In this document: piece by piece, positions 47,428-48,501 of the stretch | Layout of the letters: every line of letters starts with the position of its first letter | Numbering within the stretch: the stretch's first letter is position 1 | Assembly (NCBI RefSeq): GCF_006345805.1 | Contig: NW_021834431.1 | Coordinates: 1-48,501 of the forward strand | Length of the DNA: 48,501 bases | Source: Octopus sinensis | Taxonomy: Eukaryota | Direction of reading: 5' to 3' | Program-made: the position numbers and the translations under genes | Notes under the pieces: generated by a model | What the model was told of the DNA's origin: nothing | The model's input: only the letters and a program-made list of their open reading frames with translations | Databases searched by the model: none

Positions 47428-48501
47428 CAGGGTGGAGCCAAGAGGACGGACGTTTTAGAAAAATTCACAAAATCATTAATTTTAGCTGCAAACAAATTTT
47501 ATTGACATCAATGTGTTCGTATTGAATTAGCATTTGTCAAAATCAAGTGTAGAAAACAACATCCATCATGTGGTATCTGTTTTCATTGATGCGTTTCTGA
47601 ATGCGTTCTTGGAAGTTGGCCTTCACTCTCTCCAGCATTGCTCTGTCGATTCGGGCAACTTCAACTTCAAATCGTCCAATGTACGGGTCTTATGCGCATA
47701 CACACGTGCCTTGAGGTTTCCTTTCAAGAAATAACCAGACATTGACAATTCAGGGGACTTAGGGGCCAAGGCTTAAGAAGAAAAAACTATTAGTGTGAAA
47801 TACGGTAGATATGACTCTCTGAATTGTAATCTTGTAATCCACAAACACACCTTGCTGAAAGATCTTGTAACCATTCTTTGCCATTATGGTAAGGTGGCAA
47901 GCTGGCAGAATTATTACTGCACCAAACATAATACTTAGTGATATAGGGGAATGTCAGCAAACCTAAAAATGAGGCGGTCACCGAAGAGAGGGTGAAGAAC
48001 GCCCATTGTTGCTCTGGCTGTGTGGGCCCTCAGCCCATCCTGCTGAAACCACATACATCGAATAGGCTTACGTTTACGTCGTAATTCAGGCACAAAGAAG
48101 TTATTTATCATCTCAATGTAATGCTTGGAGTTCACAGTAACAGCATTTCCATTATTGTCTTAAAAACGTAAGGACCAAATGAAGGCAGCTTTTCCAACAG
48201 CACACCAAACTGTCACTTTTGGGTTGTGCAGTGGCCTTTCGTGCAGTTCTCTCGAATTTTCAAGATTCCAATAACGACAGTTCTGTTGATTCACCATGCC
48301 ATTGAGCTGAAAATGAGCTTCATCACCCATTAACAAAATGAGGCCGTCATTTGCCTCAAAAATTGCTTCCATCTGACTTGCAAAGTTAAGCCGCTGTGCG
48401 AAGTCCCGTGGTTTCACCTGTTGCCCAATGACTTATTTGTACGAGTGGAAATGCAGGTCTTCATGCAAAATACGCCTTACCGATCTATTACCGATGCCAA
48501 G
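47428..48501 (-). pseudogene. Tc1/mariner-superfamily transposon, rosa-type (DD41D spacing), transposase pseudogene; 5' part lies outside the window
   Basis: Minus-strand fragments RSVRRILHEDLHFH-YK, MGDEAHFQLNGMVNQQNCRYW..PLHNPKVTVWCA, VTVNSKHYIEM..WFQQDG..AHTARATM..FADIP and WPPKSPELSMSGYFL. Skipping a ~165-bp insertion gives 41 residues between the 2nd D and the 3rd catalytic position (here G). The terminus begins CAGGGTG. Stops and frameshifts are present. Confidence 0.88.

Noticed and set aside
47779-47946. Possible intron in the transposase (pyrimidine tract + AG at one end)
   Set aside because: No GT donor at the position needed to restore ADIP-WPP, and it contains a SINE-like fragment; treated as an insertion.

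Overview
AT-rich, almost entirely repetitive animal genomic DNA. From recognition of the repeat families I infer an octopus (coleoid cephalopod) genome; this is not verified. No host protein-coding gene, rRNA, genuine tRNA or CRISPR array is supported. Nearly all ORFs in the supplied track are translations of microsatellites or SINEs. The window holds: (1) about 30 copies or fragments of three tRNA-headed SINE families, called A, B and C here; (2) decayed non-LTR retrotransposons: several R4/Dong-type RLE LINE pieces clustered in (TAA)n tracts, one fragmented R4/Dong fossil at 29.2-31.6 kb, a CR1-type 3' end, and a Penelope-like RT/GIY-YIG fragment; (3) DNA elements: a rosa-type (DD41D-spaced) Tc1/mariner transposase pseudogene, a mariner MITE, a non-autonomous Helitron and several foldback/TIR elements; (4) two minisatellite arrays with higher-order structure and many microsatellites. 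The most interesting unexplained signal is seven hammerhead-ribozyme-like motifs of varying integrity. They lie in short non-coding, (TA)n-associated elements, some with inverted partial duplications, which suggests several non-autonomous Penelope-derived (retrozyme-like) families. Also notable: a SINE that occurs as 'one head + n bodies' multimers (one dimer inside a single 19-bp TSD), a 1.25-kb minisatellite seeded by a 16-bp piece of that SINE, and a SINE/LINE 3'-tail match visible within the window.
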